Assembly: GCA_964016885.1 (NCBI GenBank)
Contig: OZ024749.1
Coordinates: forward strand, 46,066,001-46,130,000
DNA: 64,000 nucleotides
Source: Eledone cirrhosa
Taxonomy: Eukaryota
Direction of reading: 5' to 3'
Shown: positions 42,670 to 56,367 of the stretch, piece after piece
Position numbering within the stretch: the stretch's first letter is position 1
Layout of the letters: each line of letters begins with the position of its first letter
The notes under the pieces: generated by a model
What the model was told of the DNA's origin: nothing
What the model saw: only the letters and a program-made list of their open reading frames with translations
Databases searched by the model: none
Position numbers and translations under genes: made by a program

Positions 42670-43192
42670 ATATTGTTATACGTGGGGAGGGTCATATTTG
42701 TGTAATAATATTGTCAGAATTAATAACAGAACACACCCACTGTTTGGTTGGTTTTCGCTTCTGTGTCTTTTATATCGGTTAATTTAATGTATTCGGTCCT
42801 AAATGTTACCATTGACTGACCAACGGTAAAAAATACAGATATAATATAGACACAAACACATATATATAGTCTAACAACGTTCTTTCGTTGCACATCTGCA
42901 ACATCGTCAGTGGTGCTATTATGTTTCCTCCTGATGTATTGTATGCCTACGCCATCTTTATTTAATAAAGATGGCGAAAGAATTCTGTTAGACTATATAT
43001 ATGTGTTTGTGTCTATATTATATCGGTATTTTTGACCGTTGGTCAGTCAATGGTAACATCGAGGACCGAATAAATTAAATTAACCGATATAAAAGACACA
43101 GAAGCGAAAACCAACCAAACAGTGAGTGTGTTCTGTTATTAATTCTGGCAATATTATTACACAAATATGAGCCTCCCCAAGTATAACAATAT
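42670..43192. mobile_element. ~215-bp-arm inverted repeat with a hammerhead-like core at the inner junction
   Basis: 42670-42888 is the reverse complement of ~42974-43192. Minus strand reads CTGACGA-tGTTGCA gatg TGCAAC-GAAAG at ~42883-42910. The same terminus recurs at ~32229-32275. Confidence 0.8.
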
Positions 43193-43193
43193 A

Positions 43194-43222
<29 letters not shown>

Positions 43223-43225
<3 letters not shown>

Positions 43226-43405
43226 GTGAAATAAGATATATTGGACGATTGGTTACTCCTTCATTACGAAGGAGTAACCAAACGTCCTTGTTACTTTATA
43301 TCACTATAATACGCTCCGTCTAGCTCTACACCTCGACACTGAAGTGAACCTACACATCGAGTGCTCACCCGGGTGAACCTACAGTAACTCCAAGTTACAC
43401 TCCAT
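43223..43405. mobile_element. Hairpin-containing insert in (TA)n
   Basis: GGACGATTGGTTACTCCTTC-attac-GAAGGAGTAACCAAACGTCC hairpin with outer ATAGTGA/TCACTAT pairing. Confidence 0.55.
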
Positions 43406-43658
43406 ATATATATATATAGTAATAATAATAAATTTCTCTTTGCTTAAACTTTAATCTGTTATTTTAATAAATATATATATATATATATATAAGAAAAAAG
43501 AGGGGCTGTGTAGTTTCTGGATAAGATTTACTTATAAATAAGAAGAAAGCACGAACGGGAGAAAGTTATCCTTCATCAGTTATCTGCTGGGGATCATGGA
43601 TATTTCTACGCATTAAAGTCAAGATATCTATGTGTGTGTGTATATGTGTATGTGTGTG

Positions 43659-43742
<84 letters not shown>

Positions 43743-44577
43743 TAGATGAGACGTCATACTTTCAATCATTAGGTATGTTTGATTGTCTAACTCTGCTTCT
43801 GTAGAGGTACGTAGGAAAGGCTAAAACCTATCAAACCACAATATACGACACATCACATTATTTATTCTAATCCCTTCAAGGAGCTATTTGTTTCTTCATT
43901 TTAGCCTCCCAGATCTGGTCTATGTTCTACTCGTCACTATTATTCTAACAATGACACGTTATCATTCGTTGGTTATGTGAAATCAAAGACTGGTTCAACA
44001 AGTTGGTATGATCATTTTGTGCACTAGATATTTGCATAGTTTATTAATATATGTATGGTTATTTCAGTTGAGATTTTGGGATTAATTTTTTCCCATGTGT
44101 TAAAATTCATACTTTGTTTAAAGTGCCCACATCAAGTGCTAAATGTTAGTGTAATATCTCTACGAGGATGACATAACAGTTACATAGGCTGACTCTGAAA
44201 TGGCGATTTTAGCTCTGTTAAAACTTGCATGCATTAATTTCAAATATTCTTATTAATAAAGGCATTGGTTCTTTCCTCTTTTGGTCCATCTATGAAAGTA
44301 ACTTAGTCAGCCCATGAACTTTTCAGCCGACATTCCTACTACCTTTCATGTCTCCAATATTGTCTATTTTGTTAGTACTATCTCTTGTAAACGTAATACG
44401 CCTGTATGACCACGTCTAAAATGGCTTAATTAAACTGAAGAACTGCAGGATGAAATAACTGTTAAATATAATAATAAGAGATTTAAATAACTTGATTTTG
44501 TGTCATGAGACAGAACGTTTTATTTCCATATTGAATTAATTTCTTACGTCATCCTTCCTGTCCTCTCTCTCTCTCTC

Positions 44578-44684
<107 letters not shown>

Positions 44685-46354
44685 TTGGTCTTCTAGCCAT
44701 CTACTATAACTTGCTCTTTTTCACATCATATTAATTTTTTTAATCATTGTTGCTGTTTTGTTTTCATATATTAATCAGTAAGATTAAGAGGAAGCCCAGG
44801 AAGAAATAATTAAATGAAATGAATTTACCCAGCAAAAAGAAAATCACTGATTATTTCATGTTATCTTTGAAATATTCTGAAGAAATGGCGACGATCTTAA
44901 TGATTTGTTTTTGTTGTTGTTGATCTTGACGTTTGCTTCTTGCTTTAAAAGTTGATGTTGATTGTGGTAGTATATATTAGTGTTGACATTCAGTTGCTGT
45001 TCAATACTGTGACAGCTGCGATCAAGCAGTCCTAAGATCAAAGGATATACAACAGTGTCCAATCTTTTTCTGTTGTTGTTTTATACGTATACATATATGG
45101 TTCAACAACTTATTCGTTTTGTTTTGGGGTTTTTTTTTCTTTAAAGATGACAGGTATGGTTTGCTATAAGTAACATGTACATATATATATACATATATAT
45201 ATATATGTACATTTTTTATCTTACCAGTGGAATGTGAAGACGAAGAAATCCCGAACAAATACAGGCAGCATATGCTCATCCAACGATTCTGCCTATTCTC
45301 CTTACACATATAGGATTACACAGAAAAGCAAGAGCAAGTAAGGGAAGATGAGTGAGAGGAAGTTGGAGAGAGAGAAAAGAATTAGTCACATATCCATCCT
45401 ATTACATAAGATTATAGCTGTTAGAAATATTTTTTTCTATATTACAGGATTTATCTTTAGCAAAAGTTTTTTGAAAAAATCATAACGATAAGTTATGAAT
45501 AAAATTTAAAAATTAAAAAAAAAATGTTTAACATAGAAAAAAATTTAAACGATAAGGAATCAAGTAATGCATCGCACATTCAATTTTATTATTTCGATAT
45601 TTTATTAGGACTAAAATCCAATTTATAGAAATGGATTTTTTTACCAAAAGATGTTCTTTGATGAATTACAAGGATTTTATTTTATTTAAGATATTTTGTC
45701 CTTAAGTGTTTATTTAATTTTGCATCTGCAATATTTTTCTCTGACGTAATCATCATTTCTCTTCTATAAAATTTCACTAATAGTTTTTATGATTCAATTT
45801 TTTTCCTGTTTCCTATTTATCTTTTCAGATGATTTGCAATTCTTAATAGTGTAAATATTCCTATTGGATGTTGCTTGTCGACTGGCCTAACATATCTTGT
45901 AATAGTTTTTGAAGTATCCGTGCGTCTTATTTTCTTTTCTTATTCTTGTTTAGTGCCCATTGAGATGTCTACCAAAAACGAACGAATAATTGTAATACCA
46001 CTTTTATTTCATATATAATATAAGTAATACTAAGTCTATCTTCTTAGCTAAGATGGTACATTGCGTCATGGAACGAGAATTTAAGATTTTACATTGAAGT
46101 ATTTAGATTTCATCACTGAGTAAAATGTAATCGACCTGCAATTCTATAGACCTATAAAGACTCGGGTTCCATTTTAATCCATCACAAATGCATTAAAGTG
46201 TTCACTTTGACAGTACATGTCGAACATATGAAACGTCAAGTCTGGGTTAACATATGATTCGTAGAGGTGTGTATTGATTCTTATATCCATTGCCTAGATT
46301 GAACAAAGAATGTCATTACAATTTCACACATACCACTGAATATAATATATATAA

Positions 46355-46515
46355 TAATTGTTTCTACTTTTGGCACAATGCCAGCAATTACCTAGTACAT
46401 TACTGGTACTTTACTTTATCGACTCCGTAAGGTATTTGAACTCAGAATGGCAAGGTCCACAATTCTATACATAAAAGCATGGCATCCGACCCTCTACCGA
46501 TACTGCCAATCGACT
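46355..46515 (-). mobile_element. tRNA-derived SINE, internally deleted
   Basis: Tail, partial core and head in reverse complement. Confidence 0.85.
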
Positions 46516-47419
46516 ATATAGTATATATATTATTATATATATACTACCATGTGTTCCACTAAAGACGCTTGTCGATATAAAATTCATATGTGAATATGAA
46601 TTTTGATGGGAATATTACCTAACAGATTGACACATGTTCGGTTAATACAAATAATATAATTCTGGTAGTATGATATCCGGAAGGCAATAATAAACAGTAT
46701 TCAACGTATTCAAAATTATCTTTGCATCTCCATATCAATATTTTAATAGGATTATTTGCTTAATCCGTATAATGAGATTATTTAATGAACAATTTACAGG
46801 ATTCCATAAATTTATAATTTACAACTTCCATTAAATAAAGTACAATATATTCCTTATTGTAGAAACATTAACAACATTGAAAACAAAACATACATATACA
46901 CACATAAATGCATATACAAACAGACACACATACACACATACACACACACACATACACACACACACATACACACACACACACACATACACACACACACATA
47001 TATATGCCCAAACCTGCCTTTTTTACAAACAACAAATAATATAATTATATACATATATATTATATATATATGTGTGTGTGTATGTGTGTGCGTGTGTGTG
47101 TGCGTGTTTCCGCGTACGTGTGTGTGTGTATGTGTATATGATATGTATGTGTATACGCATGAACATAAAGGTGTTTGTTTTATAGATAATTACACATTAT
47201 AAAAATATGAAATTCTATAATTTGAGAAACACATTATCGGCGAGATTTCCTGATCAATGTCCATATACTCATTAAACTTACAAATTAATTTTAAAGTGAT
47301 AGCAAGTGTGTAGGAGGACTTCTTATTACGAAGTCGGTGAACGGTCTGACAGAACACAATATTTGCAATTCGGAAATTAGATCCCAGCATAAACCCAAAG
47401 TTCTCCCATTTCCTCACCT

Positions 47420-47603
47420 CGGCAGTATCGGTAGAGAGTTGGACGCCATGCCTTGCAGCATAGAGTTACGTCCCTTTTCGGTCTGAGTTCAAATCCCGCC
47501 GAGGTTAACTTTGCCTATTATCCTTATGGGGTCCATAAGATAAAGCACCAGTAATGCACTGGGATAATTGCTGTCCTTGTGCCAAAAGAAGAAACAATTA
47601 TTA
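47420..47603 (+). mobile_element. tRNA-derived SINE, short form
   Basis: GGCAGTATCGGTAGAG...GAGTTCAAATCCCGCCGAGG...CTTGTGCCAAAAGAAGAAACAATTATT. Confidence 0.9.
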
Positions 47604-47944
47604 TTCCAATAACTTTTACAGGTAAATATGGTCACCAACACAACCACAGTAATAGTTAACACCTCTCGACTATTACTTGAAGGGAGACGATGTAGAATGT
47701 AGTGCTTTGAAGTGTTTTCACATGAAGAGGGTGATTTGCACTCTACGAAAGAAAACAAAGAAAACACAAGTAGCTATATTTGAACTACCGACAGTTCGTA
47801 TTTAAAGGACAGTAAATCACATTAAATACTCCGTCATATTTTCACAATTTCGTTGGTATCAAGGTCTACCGGAGCAAAATATGTTATATATATATTCTTA
47901 GATATTGCTGTATGTATATGTATATACTCATTGTTTTGTTTACA

Positions 47945-48060
<116 letters not shown>

Positions 48061-48683
48061 GGGTGATGATACTGACTTATTGGATTATGATTTATTTTAT
48101 TTTTCTATTTGTTTCTCTCGCATCGCCTCTTTCTCAAGAACCTTATTTTCCTCAATTTTTTTAATATTTAATGAAATGCCTGCCAGGCATATTTTGTTGC
48201 AAGGAAAGAAGACTTAAAGAAAACAATACCCATTTCAATAACAACAGCAGTAGTAACAATAATAGCAACAAAAACAACAAAATCGATAGCAATAATGCTG
48301 CTGTTGTTGATGATGATGTTGATTACGATGATGATGATTAGGATGATGCTAATTGTGACGATGATGATGTTAATTGTGATTTTGATGATGATGATGCTTG
48401 TGATGGTTATTGTCTATAGTTCTAGACAATGCTTAATGGTAAATGGTATTTTATGGTTGAAAGATTAGTTGTTAAACAGATATAGCGAACTACGTTTTAG
48501 GTGTGTGTGGGAGGGGGTAAAGGAACGATATTGTGCAAGACTTTTGGGTGGGGTAAAATAGATGTATTATTGTATGTTCTACATATAAACAGAAACAAAG
48601 AGATTGGTAGGGATATATATCGTGTTTGGGCGTGCAAGTCATGTTAGATAGATGTAGATATAGATAGGTAGATGGACCGATAT

Positions 48684-48742
<59 letters not shown>

Positions 48743-48744
48743 TG

Positions 48745-48776
<32 letters not shown>

Positions 48777-50828
48777 TAGAGAGAGAGAGTGAGAGAGAGA
48801 GAGATAAAGAGAGATAGTGAGAGAGAGAGAGAGTGAGCGAGACAGACAGACGCAATTGATATACAAATATATTAATAGATCTATGAAGTGGGAAGTGAAA
48901 GAGAAAGAGAAGCTGATAAAGAGGAAAAGAGAGGAAGATAGAAATAGAGAAGGCATTATTATTAAGGAATAATATTAGGGGTTAAGTGATGTGGGGTTTT
49001 CTATCAAGAAAAAATTTAATAGTAATTAATATAGCGTACAATTTTATTAAACAATGTGGAAGTTGTTATGAAAATAGGTGAGGAATATCGTCTGGAATTG
49101 ACATTTTGGCACGAAATTGCACGGTTCACTTCGTATCGGGGTAATTTAAATGAGTTCACAATCTACGTTCAATCTAACTGAACACTGCTCCATTAGATAA
49201 GTCTTGTTACGTTCCGCTGAACATCGGTGGAAATAATATTTTGTTCGTGTGCTGCAAACTCCCGCTCAGTTTTTATATTCTGAATTCAAATACTATTCTT
49301 TCTATTTAAATCGTTGATGATATTTCAGTTGTTGCAGCTGTTGCTGTTGAAGATGTCTAATATGTTGTTGTTGGTGCTGTCGTTGCTACTGCTTTTGTCA
49401 TTTGTATTGTTATTTTTGTTGGTTGTGTTGTATCTATTGCAACTGTAGTTATTAGAGCCGTCTTTCTGCTTTCTGTTGTAAGTGTTGTTGGTGGTGTTGA
49501 AATCAAGGATGGTTTTACTGTTGCTGTTGTTAGTGTTGCTGTATTACTTCTGGTTGTTGTTGATTTTGGTTGTTGTACTGTTTTTTGTTTTTCGTCTGTC
49601 TTTCACAAGTTAAACAACTAATGAAGCTACTAATGAGCTTCTATTGAAGCACATTTGTCAGTGATGGGATTGCTATACATAAACACACAAATCTACCTTA
49701 AATTACAAAGTAAGAACAAAAATGGAATGATACGTTAGATAATATAAATATAGCACATTGCTTCAGCATAAAACATCATAGGGTCAGAAATAGAATGGCT
49801 TCGAAAACAGATTTATACCGTTTAGGATAATCTAAAATGTTCATATATTATTTCATTTTTATTCTCTTTTCAATCGGGGGGTTGCAATCATTCTAAATCG
49901 ATGACTTTGATAACTTTTAATCATTAAAAGTAGCCATGGTACGCAAATTATTCTGCTTACTTAGGACAAATTTTACTCTAGAAATGAATATTTAACAGAA
50001 ATAAATCGCAAATTAAACTCAGATATCAGTCCGTAATATATATATACGTCAGTCATTCGCATAGTCACCGTTTACCCATCGAATGTATAGGTATATGCAA
50101 AGATATAATATAATGCTCTTGTCTAATGTGTGTTGCTAAGAAAGGTAATAAGAAACCATGAACATACAAAGCCAACTTCTTAAACTCGCATTGAAGATTA
50201 CGCCTGTGATTTGATAAATTGTCTTTTATGCTTCTAAGTGTACGTATTAGTCCAGTTGTGTAGCACTTGAAGGCCTTACCAACTTGAAGATGCAACTATC
50301 TGATTTTATTAAATTTCTCTCGAGTTCACCGTAGATGACCCTTGGAAATAGTATCTCGAAAAAATTATGAAATATTTTTTGGTGCAATATTAAACATTAA
50401 AAAGATGCTCAAGGATTCATTGATGTATGTCGTCTATGAAATTAATTTACTGTGCAAGCAGATGTCGAGTCAATACAATTTCCATAAATCTTCTCTTCAA
50501 AACTATTGGGCTTCAATAAAAATAAATAGAAATAATGTTATTTCACAGAAAGTTTCGGAGAAAAAATATAATTGATTAGATCAAATGTAATACATGCCTG
50601 CATCATATATTATCGATTTCGGAAAGATAAAAGAAGAAAATCGACCTGGGAAAATGTTCAATACAGAATGTAAAGGATGGGTAGGTGAGTAATTTGATAG
50701 ATTCCTGTTCGTTTTATTCATAATTTGAACGATTCAGCATGTCAATGACCTAATATTAATAAGGGATGACTTTTTGGCTTAAACATTGGGCAAATAAGTT
50801 TTTGCAGGGGTTATATCAAACATAACAG

Positions 50829-50892
<64 letters not shown>

Positions 50893-50895
<3 letters not shown>

Positions 50896-50931
50896 ATTCC
50901 GGAACCCCGACGGCCGAGGCCCGGCCGTTTC
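50893..50931 (-). mobile_element. 39-bp 3' fragment of the same hammerhead family inside (TA)n
   Basis: Minus strand reads GAAA-CGGCCG-ggcct-CGGCCG-TC-GGGGTTCC, with (TA)n on both sides. Confidence 0.7.
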
Positions 50932-51183
50932 ATATATATATATATATATATATAAAATAAAAAATACGAGCAAATAATGGACAAAAATATACCTATCTTA
51001 TCTTAAACGTTCCGACTGGTGTTTCGCGAATTTGTTTGCATGGATTTCGGCCGTATAAAAATGCATTATCGGTGTGAGGTTTATAAGGCTTATCAAGTTC
51101 CAATGTTATTATATATATACGTCCACAGACATAATACTTTACATTATACTCTATCTCTCTCACTCTATATATATATATATATT

Positions 51184-51254
51184 AGTTAGTTCACCATACC
51201 GAGAACAATTGTAATGGTAATGGATATTGTTCGCGGTATGGTGTACTAACTAAC
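51184..51254. mobile_element. Palindromic mini-copy of the Naiad pLTR 3' end
   Basis: AGTTAGTTCACCATACCGAGAACAAT...ATTGTTCGCGGTATGGTGTACTAACT. The left arm is identical to 54089-54114. Confidence 0.85.
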
Positions 51255-51271
51255 TGATGTGTTAGCACTTA

Positions 51272-52084
51272 TCTATATATATAAAACTGTGGTTGTCTGT
51301 CTGTCTATCGATTTTTGGCACACATCTCCTCTTAGAATCTCTCACGGAATTGCACCGAAATTGCTATACTTGTACATTGAGCCCTAGCGAAGACATCGGA
51401 AAAAAATATTTCAAATTGACCCACCCTATGTGACGAAATCGAATATAATGTATCGATTTTTGAGCGTAAGTTATCAGTTATTTCCCTTTGTTCTGTTTAC
51501 ATTGAGCGTCTTACGTAAAAAATTACGCTGGCTTTCTCAGCGTTTAAAATGACATTAACACAATACACGAACAGTTGTCGAGCCAGCAAAATATTGACCT
51601 GCAAAATTCATCAGTTCGAACACTAAGCTTCCGTTTTGCTTCATTTCCATTTAAAAGCATTTTAAAACAATATTTTTACTTAAAAACAAGTCTATTTAAA
51701 GACTACGTAAAACAAGCAAATATTTCAGGCGTGCAGACAGACAGTCGTGCAGAGAGGTGATATAGGCGTGCAGACAGACATAACTGATAATTTGGTTACG
51801 CTAATGTTTTTCTCTGCGTTGCAGTGTTTCATTTTCGATCTTTGTTAATAAATAACCAGTGCAGTTTTTATCCCCAGCATCCTCTTTTGTTATAACATTC
51901 GGGTTATCGTTATGTTTTCTTAACTTCATAAGGCATATTGTTGGTTGAGGGAATATTAATCAAAAACACCACATGCAAGTCTGCACAGTAGACACTACAG
52001 TTTTTAAGCCAAAAAAGAAACTTAACATTGTAACTTTAACACAGCTACTGAGCGACCCCGAGCAACGCCGGGCTTTACTGCTAG
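51272..52084 (+). mobile_element. Non-autonomous Helitron
   Basis: 5' A|TCTATATATATAAAA followed by (CTGT)n, a 3' GC hairpin CCCGAGCAACGCCGGG at 52057-52072, then CTAG|T. A/T insertion site, no TSD. Confidence 0.85.
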
Positions 52085-52100
52085 TGTATATATATATTTA

Positions 52101-52181
<81 letters not shown>

Positions 52182-52186
52182 TTGTT

Positions 52187-52232
<46 letters not shown>

Positions 52233-52424
52233 GATAAATCTACCAAGAGTTTACGGTAGTGTCCAATCCGTATGAAGAACTCAATGTATTCCGGATATCA
52301 TGGAAAGAAGAGTATGCCAATTCTAACACATATATATCCTAGAAACGATCGTTAAATAATGAACATTTTTTGTTTAATATAAGGAACTGTTTCATTGTTT
52401 ATTCATTATTTGTTTAATATTTTA

Positions 52425-52462
<38 letters not shown>

Positions 52463-53143
52463 CGTGTGTGAGTGTGTGCCTCGATTTCGATGTGTTCACT
52501 TGAATCTTTTTCCACCTATGTTCATTGATTTTATTTATGTATGTTGTAAAGCATTTACATCTTTGAATATTTACGTTTCTCTAGTACTAGACATTATTTA
52601 TCCATTTATCTCTATCATAATCCATTTTACAAATTTTCGTTTCAGATTCCCAAGATACCATTAATCAATGTCTCCTATTTGTGACGATATTACTTTTTTT
52701 TACTAATCTCAAATTATCCGATATCATCAATCGTCATTGATATTCTTGATATTCTTACTACAATCGTTATTGTGGTGGTGAAGCTTTTTGTAGATATTGT
52801 TTATGGTGCTGGTAATGGAAATGTTTCTTGGTGTTTGTGAGATATTGCTTTCGTTTAGTGACGCTGAAGTGTGAATGTATTTGTCATTATATTCACAGAA
52901 AGTAGAGACAGTCTAATGACTAAAACCAATATCTGAATGTAGTGATGTGTACATTTTACGTACTTACTTAGATAAATTTAAATTGCCATATATATATATA
53001 TATCGAAGTTCCTCCACCATTCACTCTCCTGAAACGTCGCAACCACACCCCCACTCTCACCAAGCGTGAAACTAATAATATTTGAACATTTACTCATGCG
53101 TTTGTCTGTTTTTTTTATTTTGTTTTCTTTTATTCCGAAATAA

Positions 53144-53290
<147 letters not shown>

Positions 53291-53609
53291 CATATTCACG
53301 TAGAATTAATTTTCCAATAAACATTTCTCTCTGCACACCTGTCTAAAAATATTTATGCATATACAAAGAGAATATTTTTGGCACAAGCACTTGTATGCAT
53401 CTCTGTTCTTAAGCATTTCTAATGTCACTGCAATACATATTGTCACAAATAGCATAAGAGAGCTAACACTATGGCCCTAAATGACAAAATGCTGAACGTG
53501 CTACGAAATTCGAACGTCAATATATTTTCTCCATACGCTTAGAATTTTTAACTGGTCATCGATCGCAAAGACTTCCTTAAACTTTGAGGGCTCTACTTGT
53601 TTGTTATCA

Positions 53610-53683
<74 letters not shown>

Positions 53684-53756
53684 TAACCGTATAGAGAGTG
53701 ATATTTTGACATAAATGTATCTATGCACTGATATATCTATATGTATCTATATATCT

Positions 53757-53987
53757 CATCATCATCTGGTCGATCTTGCTCGGCTTTCTACGACACGTTT
53801 CCTCCATCCATCTCTGTCTCTCATAGCGTTTGCCAGTTCTTCGCAGTGCATCCAGTATCGTCCTCAAGCTGCTTGACGTATGTCTTCTTGGGACGACCAG
53901 TGTTTCTGGCTCCATGAGATGGACTCTATAACAACACATCACCTGCTATTTCTTACTTGCTGCGCCAACAGACGCCAGCAAATCTGA

Positions 53988-53992
<5 letters not shown>
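53757..53992 (-). mobile_element. 3' end of an RTE-clade LINE, decayed
   Basis: Manual translation LRFAGVCWRSK*EIAGDVLL*SPSHGARNTGRPKKTYVKQLEDDTG.../ELANAMRDRDGWRKRV followed by a (GAT)n tail, typical of an RTE C-terminus. Confidence 0.85.
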
Positions 53993-54075
<83 letters not shown>

Positions 54076-54083
54076 GTGGTTAC

Positions 54084-54287
54084 ACAACAGTTAGTTCACC
54101 ATACCGAGAACAATTGTTCCACCTTAGCGGATCTTCACCTCGGGATGGGCATGGTTATAGGAACAGGAAGGACAACCGTACGAACGCGCAAGCGCAGAAA
54201 CCCGGTCACTTCACACAGGCAATACTAGACTGCGTGCGAGAGGTGTAAGGGAGATAACTGCGAAAGTCCGAAAAGTTTTAAGGTTGA
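54084..54287 (-). repeat. 3' pseudo-LTR of the PLE
   Basis: Direct repeat of 56368-56571, starting ~25 nt after the ORF stop. Confidence 0.92.
54099..54148 (-). ncRNA. Minimal type I hammerhead motif in 3' pLTR (core mutated: GTGAAGA, GGAA)
   Basis: Paralog of 56383-56432 that keeps the GUU cleavage triplet. The consensus of the copies restores a canonical core. Confidence 0.75.
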
Positions 54288-54310
54288 AAATAAAATAAAA
54301 TTACAAAGGA

Positions 54311-56142
54311 TCAGTCCGGAGCCTTGTAGTTATGTAATAGGTGTTTGGCGACGTGTGGACAACGTGTGAAAAATTCACTTCTGAATCGACCCTCCCCCAT
54401 GCCCACATAGGATTTGACCTCATGTGGTTCGTTTGGTCGGTTGGAAGTGACCACCGCTTCATAGATTACAGCTGGTGTGTTTCATTGTTGTTGAAGGGGG
54501 CAAGCTTCAGGCTTACGTCAAGAGCACCCTCTTGGGGTGTTGCTCCTAGGGCTGCTGGTGATGTGGGCCTTCATGTACTTAGCGCAGGACTATCCTAGTT
54601 TAACTTGTGTCGGTTAAAGATGGGGCGGTATTTATGACCTATGGTGAAGTATCTATCTAAGAGGGCTAGAAATGTTTTAACGTTGAATGAGAAGGGAGGA
54701 GAGAACCAGATAGTTTGTCTATTGTCGCGCTTCCTTTTCTTAATGGTGTTGTTGCTAGTGGGAGAGTAAGTGATGGGTTGTGAGAAGCCGCTGTTAGTCA
54801 ACGCCGTGTTATAGTAGAGTGCCGCCCTGTCAAAGATAGCCTTATTAGAGGAGAGGTTTAAGATTCTAGTACTGATATTCTTAACGAAAGTTTCTAAAAA
54901 CAGTGGGAGGGTGGCATGAGTCCTTGTCGATGTAATTAAATTTCTCGTTTAGCTTGTGGAAAGGTCTGTGGGTGTGTGTGCGAAGGTCTAAGTTAATGTG
55001 TAAGAAATCTACGCTAGAGAGGTTGGTGGCTACTGTTATCCTAAGGCCTAACGCATTGAAAGTAGAAGCTAAGTCTTTTTTTAACCGGTCGAAGTCGTGA
55101 CCACTTTCATGGCTCGATAAAGTCAGTCCATCGTCACGGTATATTCCCGTGTGGAAGTCCGGGAATCTAACACGTAATATGTCTAAGATAAAAAGGCCAA
55201 CCAAGTCACATACGTCAGTACTGTCAAAAGATCCTATGGAGACGTCGAACAGGTCTGAAGATGTAGACATCTTTGCCCAGGCTACTCCGTCGTTGAAGAG
55301 GAGGGTTTTCCGGCAGTGAACGATGATTTCTCTCTCTAAACCATCGACGGTGTTTTAAGTGGTAGCGAAGCTCAACGCTTTGTTTAACAGGGTCTCTGAG
55401 ATCGACGGGTAAAAATCGACAATGTTGGATTTTAAGGAATTAAACCACTTAATTACGGAGTCGCTGTTCTCCCACTGGGGCAGGCTGGACTTGGTCCTAA
55501 TGGTCTTAACTATGTTTCTAAGTATGGTCTTACTGACTAGTCCCATATCTGTGCGTGCCGGGTTTATTAGTCTACATGTGGGGTTAGCAGTAAAGTCTAT
55601 CTTGTGATATTTCAGGGTGAGGAACGCCTCCCGCTTAGCTAGAGATTGTAGCTTCTTATCTACCTTAAGGTCGGCGGCAAGTTCCTTGGCTTCTGTATTA
55701 AGGTCGTGGTAGGCCATAGGGTTAGCTTTCTTATATTTGGAAGTAATAGCGTTATGGGCCAGGTGGCGGAAAGTGGTGTTGTCGACTTCGTAAATATTAT
55801 TAGTTTTTTCGGAAAGGACGAAGGTGTTATTAGAAGTCCTAAGTTTCTTAATATCGTTTCTGAGTTTCGTTTGAAAGGTATTAGTGTGTTTGCGAAAGGA
55901 ATTGTTAGCGACTAAGTCAAGAAGGTCCGTCTCAAAAGGAGCATTATCAGTTACCTTAGGAGGGTAGGCTCTCGATTTCAGGTTGAATGTGTTGTTGGTG
56001 CCTGTAATTTAGCTGTCGAAAACTAGGGCTCGGCATCTTAAGCGTCTGACATCTTCCGTTTTTGTTGGAGGAGCTTTTGGTAAACATGGTTGGAGGGAGT
56101 TTGAATGTTCTTCAGGGTGTAATCCAGTTCATATAAATCCAT
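54311..56142 (-). pseudogene. PLE reverse transcriptase-GIY-YIG endonuclease ORF with frameshifts, stops and an internal deletion in the endonuclease
   Basis: ATG at 56140-56142 (MDLYELDYTLKNI...). ORF-track fragments 55355-55717, 54881-55270 and 54595-54801 are consecutive RT pieces. Manual translation continues SCAKYMK...GCS*RKPEACPLQQQ*NTPAVIYEAVV...KSYVGMGEGRF-RSEFFTRCPHVAKHLLHNYKAPD to the TGA at 54311-54313. Confidence 0.88.
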
Positions 56143-56367
56143 ACTGACGTTGATGAGACACTAGATTGTGTAGGACACGATGATATATAGAGAGCTCTCA
56201 GGGTAGTAAGCCAAACTCGCACGTGGTGAAGAATCTGCTAAAAGCCAAACTTCTACGCAGTGAAGAGAAACTGCTGACCGGAGCTGGAGACGTAAAATAG
56301 TGGTTGAACACTGGAAGGTAATATCCGTAGTGGTAGAGAACTCAGTCCAAGGGACGAGTTAGGTAGA

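Noticed and set aside
54150-54310. Canonical SECIS in the Naiad 3' UTR
   Set aside because: GTGA motifs and hairpins exist, but I could not identify the opposing GA quartet and apical AA by eye, so it is not called.
54341-55915. Plus-strand ORFs 54341-54598, 55422-55607 and 55706-55915
   Set aside because: Antisense shadows of the PLE coding region.
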